Origin: Eutreptiella sp. 'Long Island Sound 2002'
Taxonomy: Eukaryota; Protista; Euglenida
DNA length: 64,000 bases
Direction of reading: 5' to 3'
Assembly (NCBI GenBank): GCA_964036045.1
Contig: OZ038378.1
Span: 3,844,001-3,908,000 of the forward strand
The notes below the pieces were generated by a model. That model had not been told where the DNA came from. It was given only the letters and a program-made list of their open reading frames with translations, and ran no database searches. A program made the translations under genes and the position numbers. Shown here piece after piece: positions 1-11,900 of the stretch; the first letter of the stretch is position 1, and each line of letters opens with the position of its first letter.

Positions 1-226
1 CCATATGCACCCATTATGCGTCCTACATGTGTCCTCTGTGCGCCCCCCATGTGCCCGCTACCCTCCTTGAGCCTACTATTTGCCCACTATGCCCCCCCAT
101 GCCACCAACCCATGTGCCCCGTTGACTGCCATATCTCACCTCCATTGCTTCATATCTCCTGCCCACTGCCCTGTACCACACGTTCAGCCCCCAACATCTG
201 TTGCCTGCTGCCTAGTGTGTGATGAT

Positions 227-227
<1 letters not shown>

Positions 228-270
<43 letters not shown>
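228..270. repeat. (TG)n microsatellite
   Basis: Dinucleotide run, read directly. It explains the spurious CVCV/HTHT ORFs. Confidence 0.95.
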
Positions 271-273
<3 letters not shown>

Positions 274-1117
274 CGCCCAACCATCTCAATCGAACCCAAG
301 CATTCGCCAAGATACACCACCTCTTTACACCCCTATCCGCACTACAGCAGTATTTGGTATTTGCTTTTGCCCCACAGCAACCTTTCCTCCCTCCCAACAA
401 GACACAAAAATGCACATATGTATAGTACATGTCACCCTAATGCACCCTGCATCTCCGATGCCCACGCACCAACCCTGTGTGGGGGCCGTATGGGCGAGCC
501 CACAACCAGTGTCCACTCTGTTCAGCGAGCGGGAGCCGTGCGGATCACCCACTGGTCGCTTGTGGCTCCTCCTCTGACTAACACCGCGACAAACACACTC
601 TTGGAGGCGGCAGGTTAGCTCACCTGGATGTTGTCCTACTTGCAAAAGATGTTGTACGTGTCTCTATGTGTGTTTGTGTCTATGCTTGTTTGTGTGATGA
701 TTTCTAACCAACCACCTATGGTTTCCAGAGGGTAGAAAAGTCAAAGTCGACGTTATCTGGCCATGGCACACTTTTATGTAGAGAAAAACAAGACCATGAA
801 GTGCAAAGCCAAGTAATGGCTCCGCGGATGGAATTGCTGGATATGGGCTTGGAAGCCCTTTGAGATGTTAGAGGATTTCTGCTGCAGATGACAAAGAAGA
901 CAAACAAGAAGTCAGAGTGTGGCTCCTCAAGTGCAGTCTGTTGAAAACCAAGCCCGAGACAACATCCCACAAGTCCTTATCTAGGACCTATTAGGGGATG
1001 GGACCTAGGTGGTTACTTGGCGTCTTCCACAGACACTGGCGACCTTGCCACGGCACGCTGCACCCAGATGCCCCCCCTCCCCTTGCGCAAGCGCGGGCTT
1101 GTCTGAGCACGGCAACC

Positions 1118-1345
1118 CTGTCTGACCGTCGTTTTCCTGGTGTTTTCTGACTGCGGTTTTTGTGGTCAGAAGCGTAATGTGACCAGGTTGTGCTCTGACT
1201 GTAGAGGGAAAGGGGGGCTGGATCATGCGTGTGGTAGTTCCTCCTGCTGATACCACTATTCTGCTTGCAACTGCAACCCAATGCTGTTTGTTTTGATGTG
1301 ATTTTCAGCCATGGCTGATGGTGCTGTCGCTGGCATGGCGGTTAG
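1118..1345 (-). mobile_element. Dispersed degenerate repeat, possible non-LTR retrotransposon RT remnant (copy 1)
   Basis: Aligns by eye with 4868-5090, with a shorter piece near 5840-5910. The minus strand reads ...RKTTVRQG, resembling the RT GVRQG motif, but with stops. The repeat is certain; the LINE identity is weak. Confidence 0.45.
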
Positions 1346-1886
1346 GTACATCCGGCACACCAGTGAACATGTGCTCGCCACAATTGTTGCCGCTGTTACT
1401 CGTGGAGATGATTTCTTTCATGGGAAGTGCATGCAGAATGGTCATGAGAATGTGATCATAGTCCTTTGGGTTGTGTCCTCTTCCCAATCCAATTCAATTG
1501 TGGTCAGGGTGAGGTATGGGCAGGTTTTCGATACGCACATTCTTTTGGTACCTCGCGTTGCGTGCAAGCACAGCCTTGTCCAAGCATGGAGACCCTGTCT
1601 GACCGTTGATTTCGTGGTTTTCAGCATGCTTGTGGAAGGGGGGGGGGGGGCACCCAGCCACCCACCCACCCAAGGACATCTCGGCAACCTCCCTGAATGC
1701 TGCCCACGGATTCGCCTCTATTGGGGAGACGGGCGCAAGGCGCACCTCACTCAGCCGGAGCCCAGATGGGGGCTACGTGCCGTGCTGGTGCAAAAAAGTT
1801 TAAAGGAAAAAATTTCGAAATAAAAAACAGAAAACAAAATTTCGAAAATTTCCAAAAAAGGACCTTACTGCCACAGTGCCGAAATA

Positions 1887-1934
1887 CGCAACGGCCTGAA
1901 AGAATAGCACCGCAACGGCCTGAAAGAATAGCAC
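1887..1934. repeat. Perfect 24-bp tandem duplication
   Basis: CGCAACGGCCTGAAAGAATAGCAC x2. Confidence 0.95.
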
Positions 1935-2132
1935 CTGTTGCCGCCGGAGTGCCGACTGGCGCAAGAAGCATCGCTGCCCGGGGGCGATAAGTGCTGTACA
2001 CAGTAGCAAGTAAGTCCAAAGGTAAAAATTACTTGTTGGTCTACGGTCCTTACTAGTACTTCTATTTTAACAAGGTAGGTATGGGGATAGTGGGCTAGTG
2101 GTCGAATCAACTAAGGGATAGGGATAGGGGAT

Positions 2133-3570
2133 AGATCAATATGGCTACATCACCCATGCCTTCTCGGGGTCCCCATAGTGGGGAAAGATCAATATGGCTA
2201 CACCACCCCTGCCTTCTCGGGGTCCTCATAGTGGGGATAAATCAACCTAGAAAGGAATGGATGAGCAAAAAATGTGTGAAAAGGGGGTAAAAATCCAAAT
2301 ATACCACATCCCCAATGCGAAAGAAGCATCGAAATATCCGTTTCCAAACAACAATGTGTCCCCAACACGGGGACAAAAAATGCGGAAAATGGGGGGACTT
2401 AGGGAAATAAGGGGAAAGTTTGCCCAACACGCTAACGTACTCTCAAGGAGTGATGGGATCCAGCTCAGTGAGGCTCCAGCAAGCCCACACTTCCTCCAGG
2501 TCATCATGAGGGGGAGCCCACGCAACTATTTGGGCGCCTGGCCGTACTAGAGACCCATACTTTGAGATACTAGGGGCCCCTAGGGGCATCATGGTGACCC
2601 CTAGCGGAGGTTTTGACTTCTGATTTTGTCCCCCTTTGTTGGGGACCCCCGAGAATGCAGGGGTGGTAGACCTGAATGAAGTTCACGTGGAGTTGTTCGC
2701 GTGTAAGGAGCAGCATATGATGCAGCTCTACTGTCCGCGATACCTCAATAACGCCTATCGCTTCTACTGGAGATCGATGGGGTTGTGCTATGCTAACCCC
2801 CCATTCTCCCAACTTGCTAAGGTGTTGACCAAGATCGCCCTTAAAGGAGCGAGAGTGGTACTGTGTACCCCAATTTGCAACTTTCTTGAGCTGAGGCAAT
2901 TTGGGTCACCTAATGCTAAGGGCGTTTCCAAGGGGTGTGCTTGGGGGCTCTTCGGGGGGAACATAGTCTAAAAGTAGCGCGCAGTGCGCGTGCAGTGCGC
3001 GAGCAGTGCAAAGATTCCCCCTGAGCCTATTTGACATGGACATTCTGAGCTCGTCAAACCCAAGATGCCAAGCAGGCACTTCCATGTTGTGTTTCTTGGA
3101 AACGACCCCTACAAAGGATTCCCAGGCCAAGTTGTTGCACTGCGTGCGGAGTGCGTGGGCACTATGTGCGCGTTGTGTGCACCTGCCGGGAAACTCACCC
3201 AAGATCACCTACCACCTGTCTGCTAGCACAGCAAAGCAGCAAAGCCCACAAGATAACAACCAACACATGAGGTGGCACAATGGGGCCAAGGGCTAGACGA
3301 GGGGTAGCGAACCTGGCGCCAAATACAAAAGTGGGTGAGGTACAACAAGATGCGAATAGATTTGTGAAGGGGGGTCCCATTGCCCCCTCCAAATATTGCG
3401 ATAGCCTTCGTACGCACGGGATCTTAACAGTGATGTACACCACGGAAACGAGCGCTGGGTCCAACAGTATCGCAGCCCGACGACAAGTTTCGCGACCCTG
3501 AGAAGGCAAGGGTGATGTAGCCATTCCGCCCACATGTGGGCCCCCGAGACGGCAGGGGTTAAGTAGCCAA
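2133..3570 (+). mobile_element. Degenerate DIRS-like retroelement remnant with inverted terminal repeats
   Basis: A tandem pair of the ATGGCTACATCACCC..GCCTTCTCGGGG unit at 2133-2237 is mirrored by an inverted pair at 3495-3570. A methyltransferase-like fragment lies between them. Confidence 0.55.
2660..2872 (+). pseudogene. DIRS-type Dam-like N6-adenine methyltransferase domain fragment
   Basis: VELFA...YCPRYLNNAYRFYW...CYANPPFSQLAKVLTKI..GARVVLCTP follows the DIRS MT pattern, including an NPPF motif. It is interrupted after VVLCTP. Confidence 0.65.
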
Positions 3571-4867
3571 CTACTGAGTGACAAAGGAAGCTGAAGTACG
3601 GTGCTGTGCGCTTCTAGGGACAAGTGTTAAGGAAGTTGATGACCCAAGCACTGCCTCACGAGATGATTGTGATGAAGATGATGAAGATGTTTGTGCTTTG
3701 TGTTGTCACAAACGCACCACCACAGTTAGTGGGCAGTGCAATGAGAGGTATTGCGTTGAATGTATTGACCCTCACGCTTGTGGGGATGAAGTTGTGCATA
3801 TTGCACCATAATTTTGCACTGTTTCTTTACATCCGTGACCTTCCCATGTTACAATACACCCTATATTATTTCCTTGGAACACAATCCTAGGAGTCATTAC
3901 GGTTGTGGAATAACGATGCATGAAAGGTTCCTTGTTCACCTGCAGTTGTGCTTTGTGGTGTCATTCGTGCTTAGGGTTCTTGGGCTGCAGGAGGGAATAT
4001 CTAGTGGTAAAGCATTGGGATGGACAACCGGGACATTGATTTGGATGCCGGGCAAACGTACCCTCCTTCTCATCCGCTGGTCCCTACGCCAATTCCCCTT
4101 CTGTCTTTCTGTGGATTGTGGGTCACCAATTCTAGAAAACGATCTGGTTGTTGTCCAGTGTGGTGTGTGGGGGTTGGTTTCGCTAGGTTTACCCTCGGTC
4201 TACTTGACACAATGAGGCTCTATCAAAGGAAACAGAGACTTGCACTGCAGTGTGGCCCGCATTCTGCTGGTTGACCGGTGTCCACACCTGAGGTGGCGAA
4301 ATCCCCCCCCCCCCCCGAGATATGAACCAATGGACAGTTCGAACCCCGGGGAGGTAAACTGGGAAACGGGAGCGGGCGGTTGGGAAAACGGTTATATTGG
4401 TGACGGCCAAGCAGCAAACCGGAAATGCACTGCACACACACGCCACAGAACACGGGTTCGAGCCCAGGTCCCGGCCGGCCTGCCATGGAGCCGTTGCTTT
4501 TGTTATACTGTGATGCAAGCCCAACCGGCCCAATGGGGGGTGTAGGCTTGTAGGCTTTACCCAAACGGGCCCAGAAACATTCGATAGCCGCTGACTGCGG
4601 TGAGCTCAAGGCAACATTCGGCGCTCGTTTGAGTACTGCAAAGCAGCAGGTCAAACATTGAACTGAATTTTGTGGCGATGACCATATGCCTGTGACACGG
4701 GGGCATATGTGAGCTCTGTATCCGTTGCTTTATGGCCCTGTGCAAGCATGGGCTTGTCTACGCACAGTGCCCACGGTGCCCATGTTGTACAATGGAACTG
4801 ATTTGTCCTGCCGGTGGGATACCGGGGGTGACGGCTATCGTCGGATTATGGCTAAGCACGGTGCCCC

Positions 4868-5090
4868 TGTCTGACTGTTGCTTTTCTGGTTTTTTCTGAC
4901 CATGGTTTTTGTGGTCTGAAATGTACCGTGACCTGGTTGTGTTCTGATTATAGAGGTAAAGTGGGGCTGGGCCATGTTCCTGGTAGTTCTTCTTGCTCAG
5001 AACAACGTTCTGCTTGGCACTGCAACCCAAAGCTGTTTGTTGTGATGTGATTTTCAGCGATGGTCAATGTTGCTATCGCTGGCATGGCTC
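4868..5090 (-). mobile_element. Dispersed degenerate repeat (copy 2 of 1118-1345)
   Basis: Collinear similarity to 1118-1345; the minus strand reads ...RKATVRQG. Confidence 0.45.
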
Positions 5091-5379
5091 TATGGACCAA
5101 AGCAGGCCGTGGGATTTGGGGCCTTGGCCATGTGTTTGAGGGCAAGCTTTACTTCACCAAAGATATTGTTGATGTCAGTTTTGTACCAAAGAACAAGAAG
5201 CCCAAACCCATTCTAGAAACCTGCAGCCAAGGCTGCTCCAAAGCCTGCCCGAAAGGGCAAGCATGTCCCCCCCCCTTGAAATCCCCCGCTTGCAATCCCC
5301 TGCCCCCTGCTGATGGGGGAAACCATCACTTGGCCACTGATGCACCCTTCATGCCAATGCAATTCTCGTATCACTGCAC

Positions 5380-5670
5380 CCCTCCTGCCAATGCACCCCT
5401 CCTGCCAATGCACACCTCCTGCCAATGCACCCCTCCTGCCAATGCACACCTCCTGCCAATGCACCCCTCCTGCCAATGCACCCCTCCTGCCAATGCACAC
5501 CTCCTGCCAATGCACACCTCCTGCCAATGCACTCCTCCTGCCAATGCACACCTCCTGCCAATGCACACCTCCTGCCAATGCGCCCCTTCTGCCAATGCAC
5601 CCCTCCTGCCAATGCACCCCTCCTGCCAATGCACACCTCCTGCCAATGCACCCCTCCTGCCAATGCGCTT
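5380..5670. repeat. 17-bp minisatellite (CCCCTCCTGCCAATGCA variants)
   Basis: About 17 tandem units. It produces repetitive ORFs in all frames. Confidence 0.95.
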
Positions 5671-6104
5671 CTCATGCCAACGCCCTCACGCCAGTGCACC
5701 ACTCATGCCAATGCCCTCTTCGCAAATCCATCCAGTGCCTGTGATGCCAGTGGAACATGTGCAAAAGTTCAAAGTGGTGTGGTTTCATGATGCAAAAATT
5801 CCACACTGTACCACCATGCGTCGCGTGCAAGCACGGCGTTGTCTAAGCACAGGGAACACGTCTGACCGTAGTTTTCCTGATTTACAGCGTCCTTGCGCAA
5901 GGGAGGGGGCTTGATTGGAGTTGGAATTGGATTGTGACATAGTGTACCTACCCAGGGACATTCTTGTGGCTGTTGTGGCTATCATCTTGTACATGACATA
6001 CTGGTGACTGACTTGCGTGCTCATAAATACCCCACAATTCCAACTACCACTGCAATACCTGCAGGTCTGAAGTCTCGCCCAGCCAACTGCTCTGTGGCAG
6101 CAAA

Positions 6105-6763
6105 CAGGGGGGGGGGGGGGAAATTGAGGTCCGCAATTTTTCGCAATTTTCCGCAATTTCGCAATATTTCGCAATTTTTCGCAATTTTCCGCAATTTTCC
6201 GCAATTTTTCTCACTTCCCGATTTTCTGACTGCCTCCCCACGCTGGTGCAGAACAGTGAGAAAAAAAATTTTTTACTATGCCATTCACTCTCTAATGTTT
6301 CCAGGTCATCAAATTCTGACATAGGTTAGTAGGTAGTAGCACTAGGGTCTAATCTCAAACGTCCTGGGTTCAAACCCAGTTGGGCACATTATTTTTACCT
6401 TCGCTTTTTCGGTCTTTTTCATGCCTTCATGTTTGCATGTTTGCTTTTTCTCACAGTGTGGGACAGTTTCAAAGCGGCAGCACAAATTGGATGACAACAT
6501 CCGCCGCCTTCGGTTCATGCTGCAATTCCACGGTGATATCGAGGGGCGCCTCCTGTAATTGTACTGTCCATGGACTATTTGTTTCAGTGAAATTCTGAGA
6601 ATTCTGAGCCACTTGTCCAGAGCTGTAGCACCTTGAGGGTTCAGGAGGGCCGCTTACGACATCGCAATTTTTCCGCAATTTTCCCGCAATTTTCCGCAAT
6701 TTTTCCGCAATTTTTCGCAATTGGATTCGACCCCCCCAGACCGCAATTCCCCCCCCCCCCCTG
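6105..6763. mobile_element. MITE with CAG(G)nAATTG TIRs and internal (CGCAATTTT)n arrays
   Basis: Left end CAG(G)nAAATTGAGGTC; right end GACCGCAATT(C)nCTG. CAGCAAA is duplicated at 6098-6104 and 6764-6770 (8 bp GCAGCAAA if the terminal G is assigned to the target). Confidence 0.9.
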
Positions 6764-7077
6764 CAGCAAAGTGGCCTGTTGCACCGTGGCTGCAAGGACA
6801 ACTGCTGCATCCAAGATAAGCGCACTGTGGCAGCAGAGAGGCCTGCTGTACTGTGGCAGCAGGGAATGCGGGGAGGTCATGGTGGTGTGTTAAGTGAGGA
6901 TTGTTTCCCTGGACCTGATGAGACGCGTGAGTACGAACACCAAAGTGTATCCCCGCCCATAATGGAAAGGAGCACTTCTGGTGCCAAGGCTTGTGTGCAC
7001 ACTCTCTGGGCTCAGGGAGGTCAGCGGCCCATCTCCGGGATTTCTATTTTGCGTCGCAGGTGTTGTAATGGCCTCTC

Positions 7078-8661
7078 ATGTCACTCCTACGCTATTTTGG
7101 CTTGGGTTTGTTGCTTTTTTGGAATGAGGGTGTTCATGTCGGTCTCCACCTCAATCACCATGGGAGTAATATCGCGGTATTGGGGCCAAACGGGGTTCCT
7201 CTCGTCCTTCAACTGCACTCTTGCGTTTGCTGCGCCTACGAGAAAGGGCAGTACAGAATAAGAACTACAGCGAGAGTCAACAAACACAATCGTTGCGCTG
7301 ACAAGGCCTGGAGTAGGCTGTCAGAAATTGCGACGAAGGAATGGGGCTGGCAGTACACTGTGGAAACCATCACATCCGCTCCTCAAGTTTTCGATATGCA
7401 ACTCGCGGACCTGTACCCCAACAACGTGCCCACGTTCGCAATCACACATGCCAACGCACATGCTTGTCATGCTTTCTGGGACTCCCCATTCCAATCAGCA
7501 GTGCTAATGATGCTTGATGGTGGTTACAAAGGTGAAGGGTCTTGCTTCGTGTTCTTGGCCAAGTACAATGCTTCCGGTTTCATGGTTTTTGACCTCTTGA
7601 AGGCTTGTGAGCTCCGAACAGTCAGTTGGCGGCGGAAAGGTATGCTTGGCCTGGAGCCGAAGGAGGAGGCCGGAAGACGGGACATGTTCCACGCCTGCGA
7701 CGTTCTGATGGACTACTCCCTCTTGGGGTCTGCAAAGGCTGACTTGGCAGATGCCGCTGCAAACGATGATGTCCCGAAAGACCTCGAAAGTCGCATCAAA
7801 CGCAATCCAGCCCTGGCGAGGGACTGGATGGCGACGGTGCAGTCACACCTGGAACAGCAAGTGTTGGCAGAGCTGCGGGCCGTGCAGAATGTCATGAGGG
7901 ACGTGGATGGCATCATCATGACCGGGGGTGTCGCATTCAACTGGCTGCTGAACACGAGAATACGGCGCACGTTTGGGAAGCCACTGCACGTGCCGAGCGA
8001 TCCCGGGGACTCTGCCCTGTCCGCGGGCATGCTGCTGTGCCGGTCTGCACAGAGATCCCGTGGCCCGCACCCATTCCTGGGCCCGAGCCTTGCGAGTCGG
8101 GGCAAGAATGTGCCGAGGGCGTGGCAGAACGCCAGCAGCACGGCTGTGGCACGGCTGCTGAATCTGGGCAAGCCTGTGGCTGTTCTGCGGGGCCGTGGTG
8201 TAACAGGGCATCGGAAGCTTGGTCACGCATCCGTGATCGCCATCCCTTCTGAGACCAATTATGCGACGCTGACCGGCCTCAAGCATCGCAAGAGCCAATG
8301 GACTCGGCTCCCATGCCTCATGGCGGAGGACCACCTGCCACTTGTGGCGACCGACCCGTTCCCATCTCCGCACCTTTCCTTCGTCACCTCCTTCCAGCCT
8401 CAAGTGGTGCAGCGGTTCCCGTTTTTGTCCGGTCTTTTTCCGTTCCAGACCGTGGACGCCGCGTCGGACGCCTGGTTGCACGAGGTATTGATCTCTTTGG
8501 CTCCTCAGCATCACGTGCTGTTGGCAGTTGACCTGGATCACCCTTTCAAGTACACTGACAGTGCTGTCCCGTATCTTCGCCGGAGGCGGTTTCCCGGGTC
8601 TGTCGTGGTGAACACTGAGCTTTTGGAGGATATCTATGCAAACTTCAGTGGTGCCCCATAG
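7078..8661 (+). CDS. Carbamoyltransferase, NodU/CmcH/TobZ family, intronless, with an N-terminal hydrophobic segment
   Basis: 527-aa ORF with GLHLNHHGSNIAV, HANAHACHAFWDSPF..LMMLDGG, TGGVAFN..LN, VPSDPGDSALSAG and LLNLGKPVAVLRGR...GHRKLGHAS. An AG acceptor lies at 7058-7059. Confidence 0.85.
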   Translation: MSLLRYFGLGLLLFWNEGVHVGLHLNHHGSNIAVLGPNGVPLVLQLHSCVCCAYEKGQYRIRTTARVNKHNRCADKAWSRLSEIATKEWGWQYTVETITSAPQVFDMQLADLYPNNVPTFAITHANAHACHAFWDSPFQSAVLMMLDGGYKGEGSCFVFLAKYNASGFMVFDLLKACELRTVSWRRKGMLGLEPKEEAGRRDMFHACDVLMDYSLLGSAKADLADAAANDDVPKDLESRIKRNPALARDWMATVQSHLEQQVLAELRAVQNVMRDVDGIIMTGGVAFNWLLNTRIRRTFGKPLHVPSDPGDSALSAGMLLCRSAQRSRGPHPFLGPSLASRGKNVPRAWQNASSTAVARLLNLGKPVAVLRGRGVTGHRKLGHASVIAIPSETNYATLTGLKHRKSQWTRLPCLMAEDHLPLVATDPFPSPHLSFVTSFQPQVVQRFPFLSGLFPFQTVDAASDAWLHEVLISLAPQHHVLLAVDLDHPFKYTDSAVPYLRRRRFPGSVVVNTELLEDIYANFSGAP

Positions 8662-8829
8662 ATGAATTCGCAGGTTGTGCCATGGCTGAACGGGCCAGTG
8701 CGGGTGTGCCTTGAGGGTATTGATATGCCCAGTGCTATGGCTGTCAATTGTCGAGCCATGGATTGTGTGGCTCTATGGTTTGCCCGTTGATGTATTGGTG
8801 CATGGCATGGCTCGTGAATGACACCGAGG

Positions 8830-8965
8830 TTTGCGGACGCGCAGGTCGGGGGACGCGCATATTTTGGGACACACAGATTGGGACTTGCAGGTTTGGCTAC
8901 GCGCAGGTTGGGGACGGCACAGGTTGGGGGACGCGCAGGTTGCAAGACGTGCAGGCTGGGGGACC
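8830..8965. repeat. Degenerate ~16-17 bp tandem repeat (GACGCGCAGGTTGGGG-like)
   Basis: About 8 diverged units visible. Confidence 0.75.
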
Positions 8966-11900
8966 TGCTGGAATATCTCGGCAGGATGGGATGGGTGCAG
9001 GTAGAGTGACTGGGATGCGTATCGGGACGCGGTGCGCCCCACTTGGAAGAATTCCGTCCACCCAGTCTCAAGTCCCGCCACATGATGCCCAACCTTTGTG
9101 CTTTCAGCCTTCCCCAAGCCTTGTTCCCTCTGGTCATTTTCTGTTGGGGTTAGGGTCATCTGTTGTTGGCACATTCTACTCCAGTCTGGGGCTGGTCTCT
9201 TCCACTCCATTGATACTGCTTTACATGGTATCCTGTTGGGTACCCTGCCGCCTCGCACAGAGGACAGCGACAGCGACGAGAAGCCCCCACTTATGATACT
9301 TGGTAACCCCGTGGTCAGTTTGGCCTGTTAGAACCAATCTGTGCCTTTGCATGAAATTCCACTGCTGAATCTAACTGTGATTTTAATAGGAGGTATGGCC
9401 AGTCGCATTCTCTATGCAAATGAATGAGGGAAGACTGCATGACGGCCATGCACATATTTGACCTGCTGCATAGTGCTCCTCTTCCACATGCACCATGTAT
9501 TGGAGTTTTAACTTTCAGTTTTCCTGAACCCTTTCTATGAGGCCCAAACCAGTGCATTTGACTGCTTCATAAATGAACAACGCCTGTTTGATGATACAAC
9601 CAATTCAGCCTTTGCATCTCACTGTTGCTTGTGTTGCTTCGCTCTTGCAACCATGGGATGCTGGAGAGGAGAAGGGGCTGATCTACCACTGAGCCACTTG
9701 CATTGATCGTTGCCTCAGTGGCAGTTTTAGCGGACAGTAATTTCTCCGTCACCTTTTTTCTCGAAGACCACTCTGAAATTGCCTGCTGCGAGCATGCTAC
9801 CGGTGGTACCGCCTTCTGTGTACTCTGGATTCTCCTGCTCGGTGAGGGTCAGGGTGCCATCTGTGCCATGCCATGTCAGCCTGATGTGCACAAATCATAT
9901 CTCTAGAGATATGGTGACACCAAGTGTTGTTCAAAAGTGGGCACCAGGCACCAAATGAAAGGAAAGGGTGATGCTATTTGTGTGTACCAGTGAAATTTGC
10001 AGCAACTCTTCAGGGGCAACCTGTTGAGGTGAATGGGGCATGCTTTGATGCATGCATATGACCAGAAGTTCAATGTGCCTATAGGTCTGTGGTGATGTGG
10101 TGCTACCCCCTACTTGTTGCTGCAAGGCAGATGCAAATCGGGGGGGAGGGGGGGATGCGGTCTGCAATTTTTCGCATTCTCTCCATTTTGTGGCCCAGTG
10201 TCCTATTGCGACGGTCAAGAGGAAACTTCTTATTATGAGCAGCACCTCAGCTAAAGTGTAGTCGATTAGTGTGCCCAACATTGCCACTTATATGCCTACC
10301 TATTGCTTCCATTTTCCCCCCTTTTCAACAGGAATGTCAGAGACCTTGAACTCCTCTTCTGTTAGTGACCCAGCTTCTGATGATGGCCAAGGCACTCCAG
10401 CTTGGTGGCAAGGGGAAAGGTGGTGTTGGTGCAAAATATTGATGGGGTGAATAGTCAAGCACCGGGCCCGTAAGCATATGCAACTTCCGACAACCGCTAA
10501 CATAGTCCCACAAGCGGTTTCAGTTATCCAATAAAGGGCACATAGCCGGAGGCACTGAACTGCGAACGGCATCCATATGCCAACCTCACAGGTTTGGGCA
10601 ACTTGTGGGGTTGGGAGGCACGTGTGAGTTGCCTGCTGCAATGGGGTATGGGGTGGAGGCAGTATTGGGGGCTGCTTGCTCAGGGATTAATGCCCCTCCT
10701 CCACAACCACAATAGAAGGGTGCGATTCCCTACCAAGCCTTGTATGCCAAGATTGGGCCTTCAGTCCCCTTCTCTGCTTTTTGAGCATAGATGCACGAAT
10801 TGCGCTGGGCAGCAAGTTATCTGTGTCGCTCTCCTTGGCACTGTCAGTGCTATCCATGCTTTCAGTGCTATCTTGTGAAGTATGCCATGGACTGATCCAA
10901 CCCACATCTAAGGCATCTAACATATCTATACTCTGACTATCATCCATTTCGTATATGTCCCGCATCGATTTGCACAAGGGGGTTGGGGGATGGGGGATAT
11001 AGCTGTTGGGCCGCCACCAAAAATGGTGGGAAAATACAGAAAATGCGGCAAAAAATCCGATAAAAAAAGCGGGTTTGTTGTCATCGTGTATGCACCCAAA
11101 ACTCTTATTTTTTTCAAAGTGCATGTTTGTTGACACCATAGCTCTGTTCAAGAGGGCTGAGTTGTAGCCGTAGTTGATGTAGAAGCAAGCTGACTAGGTT
11201 CTGAGGGAGGGGGGTGAGCAGATGGGCAGTTAGTGAAGGGCCATGTTGACGCCCCCCCACTAATCCTGTAGTCCTCTGCCTCTTCCAACCCCCGCACAGG
11301 GGATGATGCCCTTCCATACGTGCTCATCCGTGGGAAGCGATTTGAGGTCCCCAAAGCGTATCCAAAGGGCGCAGAGGGTCGGTTGGTGAACGACCAACAA
11401 TTTTTTGATAACTTGAACCTAGAAGTACCTTGTAAAGGATATCCATGACGCTTGTGCGCGGAACAGCAATCCGCATGCAAAGTCAAAGTCATCAGACACG
11501 AAGTCTGATTTGATTTACATGCGTGTGTTTGCCGTCTTCTTGCAGTTGGCTCCACACCATTATGGTGCATACAAAGGATGTAATTGGCCCAAGGTGACCA
11601 GAGTGAGGTGGTATCATTGGCTTGAGCTTCGCAGCCAAGGTGGCGCCGGCAGCAATATATTCATCTTGATACTACTTGCCAAAGGCCGAAGGGCAAATTG
11701 CATTTTTCGCTTGCGATCACGATGAGCACCTCATATGGGTGTGCTCCAATTTTAATTCTTTCTTTCCGCCATTTGCAGGCGATGAGTATAAAAAGCACTC
11801 TTCACGCCACGGTTCCATTGCTTTACCCATGCTGGAGGTTCCCAAAATGTCCATGGGGGCTATATGCTTCACCTCCTCTGGTAGCAATAGTGATTGTTGG

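Noticed and set aside
4330-4490. tRNA genes at GTTCGAACCC / GGTTCGAGCCC motifs (also 6330-6390 and 14238-14300)
   Set aside because: Only isolated T-arm or box motifs are present; no full cloverleaf could be built.
5060-5914. Cys/Pro-rich repeat protein ORFs
   Set aside because: A 17-bp minisatellite opens all frames on both strands; there is no coding evidence.
5785-6893. RKIAENC-type ORFs
   Set aside because: They are translations of the CGCAATTTT arrays in the MITE.
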